The notes beneath the pieces are model-generated. The model saw only the letters and a list, made by a program, of their open reading frames with translations, was not told where the DNA came from and made no database searches. From assembly GCA_963702435.1 (NCBI GenBank), contig CAVPCR010000002.1, positions 128,001 to 192,000 of the forward strand: a stretch of DNA of 64,000 nucleotides, given 5' to 3'. How positions within the stretch are numbered: the stretch's first letter is position 1; every line of letters begins with the position of its first letter. Shown here piece by piece: positions 1 to 8,800 of this stretch. The stretch is from Candidatus Eiseniibacteriota bacterium. GTDB lineage: Bacteria; Eisenbacteria; RBG-16-71-46; CAVPCR01. The translations under genes were made by a program, and so were the position numbers.

Positions 1-867
1 GGAGTCGCCGGGGAACTCGGCGAGCGCGAGGAGCGCCGCGTCGAGGTCGAGGAGATTCGTGTAGGAGAGCTCCTTCCCCTGGTGGATGACGGCGGCGGCG
101 AGGCCTCCCGCCTCTCCCCCCTCGACGTAGAAGGCGGCCTTCTGGTGCGGATTCTCCCCGTAGCGGAGCGCCCGCTCCTGGCGCGCGCCGAGCGCGAGGA
201 CCGGCGGCGGGGCCGCGGTCGCCGGCGCCGTGCCGGCGGCGAGACCGGCGAGGCTCGCAGCGACCGCTCCGTCGTACGCGGCGAGGGTCGCGAAGGCGGC
301 GGCGGCGAGCTTCAAGCGTGTGTCCCCGGAGACGAGGCCGCCCCGCGCCTTGAGCTCGGCGAGCAGCGGCTCGTACTGGTGCGCGCCGGTCACGACCGCG
401 ACGTGGGCGAAGTTCTTCGCCGCCGCACGCACCATGGTCGGCCCGCCCACATCGATGAACTCGACGAGCTCGGCGAGCCCGGCGGCGCGCGCGCGCGCCT
501 CGGCGAACGGGTAGAGCGAGCCGATGACGAGATCGATCGGCTTGATGCCGTGGGCGGCGATGTCCCGCTCGTGCTCCTCGAGATGCCGCTGGAAGAGGAT
601 CCCGGCATGAATGGCCGGATGGAGGCTCTTCACCCGGCCGTCGAGCATCTCGGGATAGCCGGTCAGCTTCTCGACGGCGACGACGTTGAGCCCCGCTTCC
701 GTGAGGAGCGTCGCCGTGCCGCCGGTCGCGACGAGCTCGACCCCGTGCTCGGCGAGCCCGCGCGCGAGCGGGATCAGCCCGCGCTTGTCGTAGACCGAGA
801 TGAGGGCCCTGGTGATCTTGACGTCGGCACGGGCCGCCTCGGCCGTGGATGGATGAACGGTGATCAT
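1..867 (-). CDS. purH: Bifunctional AICAR transformylase/IMP cyclohydrolase, 5' part (runs off the left edge)
   Basis: Hand translation from the ATG at 867 gives MITVHP..KITRALISVYDKRGL..VATGGTA..GYPEMLDGRVKSLHPAIHAGIL..DVGGPTMVRAAAKN..LRYGENPHQ..GKELSYTNLLDLDAA. It is missing from the ORF track because it has no stop in the window. It follows purC. Confidence 0.95.
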   Translation of the reverse strand, partial: MITVHPSTAEAARADVKITRALISVYDKRGLIPLARGLAEHGVELVATGGTATLLTEAGLNVVAVEKLTGYPEMLDGRVKSLHPAIHAGILFQRHLEEHERDIAAHGIKPIDLVIGSLYPFAEARARAAGLAELVEFIDVGGPTMVRAAAKNFAHVAVVTGAHQYEPLLAELKARGGLVSGDTRLKLAAAAFATLAAYDGAVAASLAGLAAGTAPATAAPPPVLALGARQERALRYGENPHQKAAFYVEGGEAGGLAAAVIHQGKELSYTNLLDLDAALLALAEFPGDS

Positions 868-894
868 GAGCCCTCCAGAGGAACCCCCGCTTCC

Positions 895-920
895 GCCGAT
901 TCTAGCCGCCGATTCTAGCC
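895..920 (-). repeat. Perfect 13-bp tandem duplication (GCCGATTCTAGCC x2); each copy carries a TAGAAT -10-like box on the minus strand upstream of purH
   Basis: 895-907 and 908-920 are identical. Confidence 0.8.
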
Positions 921-922
921 GA

Positions 923-1867
923 CTAGGCGAGCGGAGGTCCGGTCAGGCGATCGAAGGCCTCGAGGTAACGGCGGCGCGTGCCCTGGACGACCTCGTCCGG
1001 CAGGGGCGGCGCCGGCGGCTCGTGGTTCCAGCCGCTCCCGTCGAGGTAATCGCGAACGTACTGCTTGTCGAAGGCCTCCTGCGCCTGGCCGGGAGCATGG
1101 CTCGCCTTCTCCCAGAAGCGCGAGGAGTCCGGAGTCAGGATCTCGTCGATCACGAGGAGCTCCTCCCCGCGGAGCCCGAACTCGAACTTGGTGTCGGCAA
1201 GGAGGAGCCCGCGCCGCTCCGCGTGCGCCGCGGCGGCCGCGTAGAGCGCGAGTGAGCGCCGCCGAAGCTCGTCCGCGAGCGCGGGCCCGAGCGCCGCGGC
1301 CATCGTCTCGAAGGACACGTTCTCGTCGTGCCCGGTATCGGCCTTGGTCGCCGGCGTGAAGATCGGGGCCGGGAACTTCTCCGACTGGCGGAGGCCGGGC
1401 GGCAGGGCGATCCCGCACACCGCGCCCGATGCCTTGTACTCGCGCCAGGCGGAGCCCGCGAGGTAGCCGCGCACGACGCACTCGAAGTCGACGCGCCGGG
1501 TCTTCAGGCACAGCATGCTCCGGCCGTCGACGAGCTCGGGATGCGCGTTGAACGGCGGCGGGAAGTCCTCGGCAGCCGTCGACAGGAGATGGTGCGCGGA
1601 GCGCCCGGCGAACTCGGCGAACCAGTAGGCTGAGAGCTGCGTCAGGAGCCAGCCCTTCCCCGGGATGCCGGTCGGGAGGATCGAGTCGTAGGCGGAGATG
1701 CGATCGGTGGCGACGATGAGGAGGCGATCACCGAGGTCATAGAGATCCCGCACCTTGCCCGAGTACGTGGGCTTGACGCCCGGCACCTCGACCTTCACGC
1801 GGGCGATCGTGGTGGCGCCCGGCGCCGCGTCGCGACGGGCCGCCGTGGCTTGCTCCGGGGTCCGCAT
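923..1867 (-). CDS. purC: SAICAR synthetase
   Basis: Motifs YSGKVRDLY, ATDRISAYD, ECVVRGYLAGS, FTPATKA..GHDEN, LADTKFEFG, DEILTPDSSRFW, DKQYVRD. Start chosen at the ATG preceded by AGGA; 1882 is an alternative. Confidence 0.95.
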   Translation of the reverse strand: MRTPEQATAARRDAAPGATTIARVKVEVPGVKPTYSGKVRDLYDLGDRLLIVATDRISAYDSILPTGIPGKGWLLTQLSAYWFAEFAGRSAHHLLSTAAEDFPPPFNAHPELVDGRSMLCLKTRRVDFECVVRGYLAGSAWREYKASGAVCGIALPPGLRQSEKFPAPIFTPATKADTGHDENVSFETMAAALGPALADELRRRSLALYAAAAAHAERRGLLLADTKFEFGLRGEELLVIDEILTPDSSRFWEKASHAPGQAQEAFDKQYVRDYLDGSGWNHEPPAPPLPDEVVQGTRRRYLEAFDRLTGPPLA

Positions 1868-1911
1868 CTGGTTCCTCTCCATCTTCTTCTTCCTCTGCGC
1901 TGCAGATGACT

Positions 1912-2562
1912 TCACTGGCGATGTGGCGAGCTTCCGACCGGGCCGGCGATCCACACGCGCCGCCCATCGCGCCGGACGCGCCGCGCGGCGAAGTGGCCGA
2001 GCACCTCGACGAGGAGCCGGTGCTCCTCGGCGAGGATGCGCGCGGCGAGGAGATCGCGCGTGTCTTCCGGGAACACCGGGACAGCACGCTGGCCGATGAT
2101 CGCGCCCTGGTCGACGCCGCCCGGATCGACGAAGTGCACCGTGCAGCCGGCGATCTTCACTCCGAAGTCGAGGGCCTGCCGCTGCGCATCGAGCCCCGGG
2201 AACGCCGGCAGGAGCGACGGGTGAATGTTGATGATGGCGTCGGCGAACGCGCCGAGGAACGTGTCGTGGAGGACCCGCATGAAACCGGCGAGGACGACGA
2301 GCTCCACATCGCGCGCCTTCAAGATCCGGACGAGCTCGGCCTCGACGGCGTCCTCGAGGCGGGTGCGGAAGCGGCTCGGCGGGAGGACCACCGTCTCGAC
2401 GCCGCGGCTCCGGGCGCGGGTCAAGGCCTCCGCGTCCGGCTGGTCGCTCACGACGACCCGGAGGTCCGCCGCCAGCTCGCCCCGCGCGATCGCGTCGAGA
2501 ATGGCCTGCAAGTTGGAGCCGCGTCCCGAGACCAGGACGCCGAGGCGGAGCCGTTCGCTCAT
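1912..2562 (-). CDS. purN: Phosphoribosylglycinamide formyltransferase
   Basis: LVSGRGSNLQA, LAGFMRVL, INIHPSLLPAFPG, GCTVHFV..GVDQGAII. Confidence 0.95.
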   Translation of the reverse strand: MSERLRLGVLVSGRGSNLQAILDAIARGELAADLRVVVSDQPDAEALTRARSRGVETVVLPPSRFRTRLEDAVEAELVRILKARDVELVVLAGFMRVLHDTFLGAFADAIINIHPSLLPAFPGLDAQRQALDFGVKIAGCTVHFVDPGGVDQGAIIGQRAVPVFPEDTRDLLAARILAEEHRLLVEVLGHFAARRVRRDGRRVWIAGPVGSSPHRQ

Positions 2563-2686
2563 GCGTTCTCGTTTCCCCGGGGTCGGCGCGGTCTCGGCGC
2601 TCCGGCCGGCCCTTCCCGCGGCCCCGGATCCCGGTCCGGCGCCCGCGATCGCGAGTCGACCCCAGCGCCCCGCGCGTGGGGAGCGG

Positions 2687-2715
2687 AGGCTAGCAGCGGC
2701 TCCCGGACAGGTCAA
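2687..2715 (-). promoter_or_regulatory. Putative sigma70 promoter of purN-purC-purH (TTGACC-N17-TAGCCT, extended TG)
   Basis: The minus strand reads ttgacctgtccgggagccgctgctagcct. The same pattern recurs at 24021-24049 and 43960-43988. Confidence 0.65.
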
Positions 2716-2740
2716 TGGCGGCCGGTTCCGGCCGTCCCGG

Positions 2741-2770
2741 TTTACAGGACTGGGCCTGCTGTGCTAGAAA
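2741..2770 (+). promoter_or_regulatory. Possible efp promoter (TTTACA-N18-TAGAAA), divergent from the pur promoter
   Basis: AT-richer patch with a TGC-TAGA motif; the -10 box is imperfect. Confidence 0.4.
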
Positions 2771-2939
2771 CATTCGTTCCACAAGTCAGCAAGAGGGTGG
2801 TTTCAGCGAGGCGCGACCGGCCCCCGGCGCCGCTGGGGCGGGCGGTTTCGGTCGCCCCGTGGCCACCCGCCCCGGCCACGCGCCCAGGCGGACGGCCGCA
2901 GCGCACGCAGAGCGCACACGAGGAGAGAGTGCAGTGTCC

Positions 2940-3500
2940 ATGCTTCCGGCAACCCAGCTCAAGGTGGGAATGGTGGTCGCGCACGCGGGCGAGCCCCACC
3001 GCATCACCCAGCTCACCCACGTCACGCCCGGCAAGGGCCAGGCGGTGGTCCACGTGAAGCTGCGCAACCTCCGCAACGGGAGCCAGCAGCAATATCGCTT
3101 CCGCTCGGACGAGAAGGCCGACACGCTCCTCCTCGAGCAACGGAACATGGAGTACCTCTACCACTCCCCGGCCGAGGGCTACGTGTTCATGAACCTCGAG
3201 ACCTACGAGCAGGTTCATGTCCAGGAGACCGTGCTCGGTGACGATGCCAAGTTCCTCAAGGAGAACATGAAAGTCGTCGTCGAGTTCCATGACAACGAGG
3301 TGCTCGCGATCGACCTGCCGACGACCGTCGACCTGCGCATCGTCGAGTGCGATCCGCCGCTCCGGGGCGCCACCGCGTCCGGCTCCGCCAAGCCCGCCAA
3401 GCTCGAGAATGGGATCATCGTCCGCGTCCCCGAGTACATCACGGCGGGCGAGGTGGTCCGCGTGGACACGCGGGACGGCACCTACGTCGAGCGCGCGTAG
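2940..3500 (+). CDS. efp: Translation elongation factor P
   Basis: HVTPGKGQAVV loop, MEYLY, FMNLETYEQ, RGATA..KPAKLENG..VP.YI..GE.V.VDTR; GAGGAG upstream. Confidence 0.95.
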   Translation: MLPATQLKVGMVVAHAGEPHRITQLTHVTPGKGQAVVHVKLRNLRNGSQQQYRFRSDEKADTLLLEQRNMEYLYHSPAEGYVFMNLETYEQVHVQETVLGDDAKFLKENMKVVVEFHDNEVLAIDLPTTVDLRIVECDPPLRGATASGSAKPAKLENGIIVRVPEYITAGEVVRVDTRDGTYVERA

Positions 3501-3619
3501 CGCGGCCGCGCACCCGGACCGGTTCGAGCAAGCAGGAGGCGATCTCCCTCGTTCCGAAGAAGATCGCCTCCCGAACCTGCCGCTTGACGTCGATCGTTCC
3601 GTACTTGCGGACAGCCGTA

Positions 3620-4831
3620 CTAGCGGACAACCGTGAACCGAGCGCCGTCCAGGTTTTGCCCATGGGCGAGGCGCAGGAAGTAGACACCCGCCGCAAGCTG
3701 CTCGCCGGATTCATTCCGCGCCGCCCACGCGATACGGTGCGAACCGGGTGCCACCCGCCCGTCGACGAGCGTCGCCACGACCCGGCCGTGCACATCCACG
3801 ACGGTCAGCCGCACCTCCTCCTCGCGCAGGAGGCTGTAGGTCAACTGGGCCCCGCTCCGGCACGGATTGGGTGCGATGGCGGTGATCGCGGCACCGCCGG
3901 CGGACGGCGCCGCGGCCTCGGATCCCGGTGCCACACCCGCCACCGGGTCGCCGAACCGCTGCACTCGCCGGTTCATCTCATCGGCCACGTAGACCGAGCC
4001 ATCCGGCCCCAAGGCCAATCCGATCAGGCCGGAGAACTCGCCCGGCCCGGAGCCGAGGGAGCCATACGTGTCGACCGGAACTCCATTCGCGGTGAAGATC
4101 CGAAGCTGGTTATTGCCGTAGTCGGCAACCCACAGCTGACTCCCTGCATCCACCTCGATGTCGGTCCCGTTCAGCGTACCCGCACTGAATGCGCCGAGAA
4201 ATGTCCCATCGGTCATGAACTGCTCCACGACCGGGGCATCCCACTGCACGACATTGATCGTGCCGTTCGCCTCGACGATACCCGCGGTCGTCGACCCACC
4301 GTTGCTGGCCCAGGACAGGAGGGGGACGCCAGCAGGCGTGTACTTGTGGACGGAGGCATCGTTGAATCCCGTCACGTACACATCGCCAGCGGCATCGACG
4401 GCGACGTGGTCGGATCTAGTGCTTGGAATGGGCCATGAGAGGAGGAACGCCCCCCCGCTCGTGAACTTCTGGACGCGGGCGCCCTCGTAGTCACAGATGT
4501 AAGCCTCCCCGCTCGGGTCGAAGGCGATGCCGTAGGGGTTCCGGAACTCGCCATCGCCAATGCCACTCCCGCCGAACGTGAAGAGGAGATGGCCGCCGGT
4601 CGCCGTGTAGACCCGGATGGTATCGTCGTTGCAGGAGACCCAGACCCGACCGAATGGATCCACCTCGACATCCTCAGGACTGGAGTTCACGCTCCACTCC
4701 TCGGCGTAGGGGGGAACCGTGGCCAGAGCGGGCTGGGCGAGGATCATGACGTCTGCCGCCACCAGGCAGACGAGGATTGCAGTCGGAATGCCGGCCGCGC
4801 CGCGAGATAGATCCAGGAAGGTAGGTCTCAT
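3620..4831 (-). CDS. Secreted NHL-repeat beta-propeller protein with C-terminal FlgD-Ig-like domain
   Basis: Signal-like N-terminus ending ALA; NHL repeats (GEFRNPYGIAFDPSGEAYICD, GEFSGLIGLALGPDGSVYVADEMNRRVQRF); tail APNP...V.LTVVDVHGRVVATLVDG...W...GVYFLRL. Confidence 0.8.
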   Translation of the reverse strand: MRPTFLDLSRGAAGIPTAILVCLVAADVMILAQPALATVPPYAEEWSVNSSPEDVEVDPFGRVWVSCNDDTIRVYTATGGHLLFTFGGSGIGDGEFRNPYGIAFDPSGEAYICDYEGARVQKFTSGGAFLLSWPIPSTRSDHVAVDAAGDVYVTGFNDASVHKYTPAGVPLLSWASNGGSTTAGIVEANGTINVVQWDAPVVEQFMTDGTFLGAFSAGTLNGTDIEVDAGSQLWVADYGNNQLRIFTANGVPVDTYGSLGSGPGEFSGLIGLALGPDGSVYVADEMNRRVQRFGDPVAGVAPGSEAAAPSAGGAAITAIAPNPCRSGAQLTYSLLREEEVRLTVVDVHGRVVATLVDGRVAPGSHRIAWAARNESGEQLAAGVYFLRLAHGQNLDGARFTVVR

Positions 4832-5125
4832 CGGGACTCCCAGTCGGGTGATAGGTGATACGTTCCCGGGATTCCCGGGCCTGATCCACGCCAAGGAGAA
4901 ACGCACCGCATGGTCCGAGCGGACGGGAGAAATGCGCATGGGAGGAACCCGGAGACAGCGGTCTCCCACCGGGGAGCCTGATCCTGACCCTGGCCGGGGC
5001 TCCCGTCAGCGTGCTAGAATCCCCGCAACTTGCGCGTGCGATGGTAGATGGCACGTCCCGGGTGCCCGGCCGTCGATGGGCCGATGTCCGGCGCCTGCGG
5101 CACTTCCCGGTGTAGGCTGACGCTC

Positions 5126-5761
5126 ATGTCCGCGGATGGCAGCATCGATCTCCCCCCGACTGGCGGCGATCCGGACCGCAAGACCGCCCCCGAGGTCCCG
5201 CGCGTGACAGACACCGGGATCCTGCTCGCCCGCGTCCGTTCGGGCGACACCGGGGCGCGGGAGCAGCTCTTCACCCGCTACCTCCCGATCCTTCGTCGCT
5301 GGGCGCACCACCGCCTGCCTGGCCCCTCGCGCGATCTCCGGGACACCGACGACCTCGTGCAGGACACGCTCCTCCGCGCATTCAGGAGCATGGGCTCCTT
5401 CGAGCATCGGGGAGAAGGAGCCTTCCTCGCCTATCTCCGGCAGATCATGCTGAACGCGATTCGCGACGATCTGCGCCGGGCAGCCGTGCGACCGCGGCCG
5501 ACGACGCTCGAAGACGTGCATGTCACATCGAAGCCGTCGGCCCTCGACGAGGCGATCGGCCAGCAGAGCGTGGAGCGGTTCGAGCGCGCCCTGGAACGCC
5601 TCGGTGCGGAGCCCCGTCAGGCGGTGATCCTCCGCATCGAGTTCGGGTTCAGCCATCAGCAAGTCGCCGATGCGCTCGGCAAGCCGAGCGCCGAGGCGGC
5701 GCGAGCCACGGTGGCCCGCGCCCTCGTCACCCTGTCCAAGGCGATGCATGACGTCCTCTGA
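5126..5761 (+). CDS. ECF-type RNA polymerase sigma factor
   Basis: Region 2: AREQLFTRYLPILRRWA..DTDDLVQDTLLRAF..FLAYLRQIMLNAIRD. Region 4: ALERL..RQAVILRIEFGFSHQQVADALG. TGC-TAGAAT at 5012-5020 upstream. Start uncertain (5048, 5126 or later). Confidence 0.88.
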   Translation: MSADGSIDLPPTGGDPDRKTAPEVPRVTDTGILLARVRSGDTGAREQLFTRYLPILRRWAHHRLPGPSRDLRDTDDLVQDTLLRAFRSMGSFEHRGEGAFLAYLRQIMLNAIRDDLRRAAVRPRPTTLEDVHVTSKPSALDEAIGQQSVERFERALERLGAEPRQAVILRIEFGFSHQQVADALGKPSAEAARATVARALVTLSKAMHDVL

Positions 5762-5876
5762 TGGACTGACGAACAGCATGGCGGCTGGCGAGAAGCATGG
5801 CGGCTGGCGAGAAGCATGGCGGCTGGCGAGCAGCATCGCGGCTGGCGAGCAGCATGACGGCTGGCGAGCGGCATGA
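5748..5876 (+). CDS. Putative 42-aa bridging ORF through the repeat; starts inside the sigma gene 3' end and its TGA overlaps the kinase ATG
   Basis: ATG at 5748 with AAGG upstream; MTSSDGLTNSMAAGEKHGGW...RAA*; ATGA overlap at 5873-5876. Confidence 0.35.
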   Translation: MTSSDGLTNSMAAGEKHGGWREAWRLASSIAAGEQHDGWRAA

Positions 5877-5879
5877 CGG
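5775..5879 (+). repeat. 19-bp tandem repeat AGCATGGCGGCTGGCGAG(A/C), about 5.5 copies, no spacers
   Basis: Units start at 5775, 5794, 5813, 5832, 5851 and 5870 (partial, containing the kinase ATG). Confidence 0.95.
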
Positions 5880-8800
5880 GTGACCGGCGACAGCGGGACC
5901 GGACCCCGGACGCGGCGCTGCTCCGACTCGCCCATGAGGTGGCGGACGGGCGCCGCGTGGACTGGACCCGGCACCGCACCACTGATCCCGCGCTGGCAGC
6001 GGCGATTCAGGGGCTCGAGACGATCGCCGCGCTGGCCGCCACCATGCGCCGCGAGCCGGCGGTCGGGCATCCCGCTCCCGACGGCGCGCCGCCTCGATCG
6101 GAGCATGAACTCGAGCCCGGGCAGGTGCTTGGCCGCTTTCGGGTGGAGAGCGAGGCCGGGCGCGGCGGGATGGGGATCGTGTATCGGGCGCGCGACGAGG
6201 TCCTCGATCGAGCCGTGGCCCTCAAGCTCCTCCCGACGCGCGTGGCGCGTTCTCCGGAGCGGCTCGCTCGCTTCACGCGCGAAGCCAAGCTCCTCGCCTC
6301 GTTGAACCACCCGAACCTGGCGACGATCCACGGCATGGAGGAGAACGATGCCGGCCTCTGCTACCTCGTGCTCGAATGGGTGCCCGGCGAGACGCTGGCC
6401 CGCAGGCTCGAGCACGGGCCGCTGCCGCTATCCTCGGCGCTCGACGTTTGCCTCCAGATCGCCGAGGCGCTCCAGGCGGCGCACGAGGGCGGCGTCATCC
6501 ATCGCGACTTGAAGCCAGGCAACGTGATCGTGACGCCACAGGGGCGAGCCAAGGTTCTCGACTTCGGCCTCGCCCGGACCGTGGGCGAGCCGCCCACCGG
6601 CGAGAACACGGGGCCGAGCGATCTCCGCGTCGCCGGCACCTGGGGATACGTGAGCCCGGAGTGCTTCACCGGGGACGATGACCATCGCGCTGATCTCTTT
6701 GCATTCGGCTGCGTCCTCTACGAGTGCCTGGCCGGGATTCCGGCGTTCCCCGGAGCGAGCGCGGACGAGATACTGATCGCGCTCCTCGAGCGCGAGCCCG
6801 ATCCTGCCAGGCTCCCCGCCGGCACGCCGTCCGAAGTCCGGGACCTCATCGCGCAGTGCGTCGTCAAGGACCCGAACCGCAGGCTGGCTTCCATCGCCGG
6901 TGCCGTCCACACCCTGGCGATCGCACTCGGGAGGGACCCGCTCGGCCCTTCGCCCATCGCTCACGCCCCGACTCTCCCCCGGCCAGCGACGAGCTTCATC
7001 GGGCGCGGCCGCGAGATCGAGCAGTGCCGGACGCTCCTCCGAACGAATCGCGTGCTGACGCTCACCGGCGCCGGCGGCAGCGGGAAGACGCGGCTCGCGA
7101 TCGCGTTGGCGAGCGCGGTGGCGGACAACTATGCGGGCGGGATCACGTTCACCGACCTCTCCTCCGTCCAGGATGGCGACCGCGTGGTCGATGCCCTGGC
7201 CAGGAGCCTCGGCGAGCGCGAGGACGCAGCATCCCCGCTCCTCGCCCGGATCTCGGCCCGCCTCAAGGCGGCCGGCACGCTCGTCATTCTCGACAACTGC
7301 GAGCACGTGCTCACGGCTTCCGCCGAACTCGTGACCGCTTTGATCGCCACCTGTCCGCGGCTCACGGTCCTGACCACGAGCCGAGAGCCGCTCAGGGTCC
7401 ACGGCGAACAGGTGCTGACCGTGACCCCGCTCCAGGTCCCGGGAGCCGGGGATCTCGCGGACCCGGCGGCGCTCGCACGTTGCGAAGCGGTGAGCCTGTT
7501 CCTCGATCGGGCCCGCAGCGCGGACCCCGAGTTCTCCCCGGACGAGGCGACGCTCAGATCGGTGGCGGAGATCTGCCGCCGGGTGGAAGGGCTGCCGCTG
7601 GCGATCGAGCTGGCCGCTGCCCGCCGCCGCGTGCTCAGCACGGCGGAGATCGCCGCCCGGCTCGATCGCCAGCTCCTGCTCCTGCGCGATGCGAGTGCGA
7701 TGCCCACCGATCGCCATCAGGCGATGCACCTGACGATCGAGTGGAGCACGCAGCAACTTCGGCCGGAGGAGGCGCGGGTGTTTCGCCTGCTGGCTGTCTT
7801 CACCGGGGGGTGGGACCTCGAGAGCGCCACCCAGGTGTGCGACGAGCGCGGCGACGAGTTCAAGGTCCTCGACCTGATCAGTCGGCTCGTCGACAAGTCG
7901 CTCGTCTGCGTCGAGCGCCGCCAGGGTGAGCCGGCACGCTACCGCTTCCTCGAGCCCCTGCACCAGTTCGCCCTGGAGGCGCTGGCCGCCTCCGGGGAAG
8001 AACCGCTGGCGCGCCGGCGGCACCTCGCCACCTTCCTCGCGCTGGCGGAAAGGGCGGAGCCGGAGCTCTTCCGCTCCGAGCAGTCGCGATGGCTCGCGCG
8101 GCTGGATGCGGAGCACGAGAACGTGCTCGCCGCGCTCGAGGAGTGCGAGCGAGCGCCTGGTGGTGCCGAGGCCGCGCTCCGCATCGTGAGCTCTCTCCAC
8201 CGCTTCTGGAGCCTGCGCGGGCACTTCCGGATCGGAGAGGCAGCGATCGAGCGGGCGCTGGCCCGGGTGGGACCATCAACGCCGGAGGAGCTCCATGCCG
8301 AGGCCCTCCTGGCCCGGGGGCTTCTGGTCTTGGTCCTCGGCCGGCACACGGTGGCCCCGGACGTGCCGGTGGATCCGGACGCGCTGCGCCGGATGTTCGC
8401 CGTGCCCCTCGAGATGTTCCGGCGGCTCGGCGATCGCCGGGGGATCGCGCGGTGCCTGAACTCGATCGGTCTCGAGCACATTGCCCATCGCGATTTCGCT
8501 GCGGGTCGATCCGCCCTCGAAGAAGCCTGCGCGCACTACCGGGCGCTCGGCAATACGAGCGGCCTCGCGGGCGCCATGAACAACATGGGTCTCGCCGCCT
8601 GGAGAGAGCGGGACATCGATACGGCCCGCCGGCTGATCGGCGAGAGCCACGCCTTGCTCAAGGGGAAAGGCGATCTCCACTTCGTGGCGATCATGACGAT
8701 CAACCTCGCCTTCCTCGCCTTGCGGCAGGGGGACCGAGCCGAGGCGCGATCGCTCCTCGTGGATGCCCTGCGGTACGTGCGAGACAGCCGCGTCAAGACC

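Noticed and set aside
82..918. 278-aa plus-strand ORF and the many other long antisense or alternate-frame ORFs (e.g. 27755-31504, 43979-46729, 52273-54837, 58295-60622)
   Set aside because: These are shadow ORFs of high-GC DNA: Arg/Gly/Pro-rich, without motifs, and overlapping well-supported genes.
2880..2900. GCCGTCCGCCTGGGC on the minus strand resembles the 3' part of a ZTP riboswitch near pur genes
   Set aside because: The 5' half of the aptamer is absent, and the segment lies upstream of the predicted pur promoter.
5775..5879. Possible CRISPR array
   Set aside because: The units are directly adjacent with no unique spacers, are only 19 bp long, and there are no cas genes in the window.
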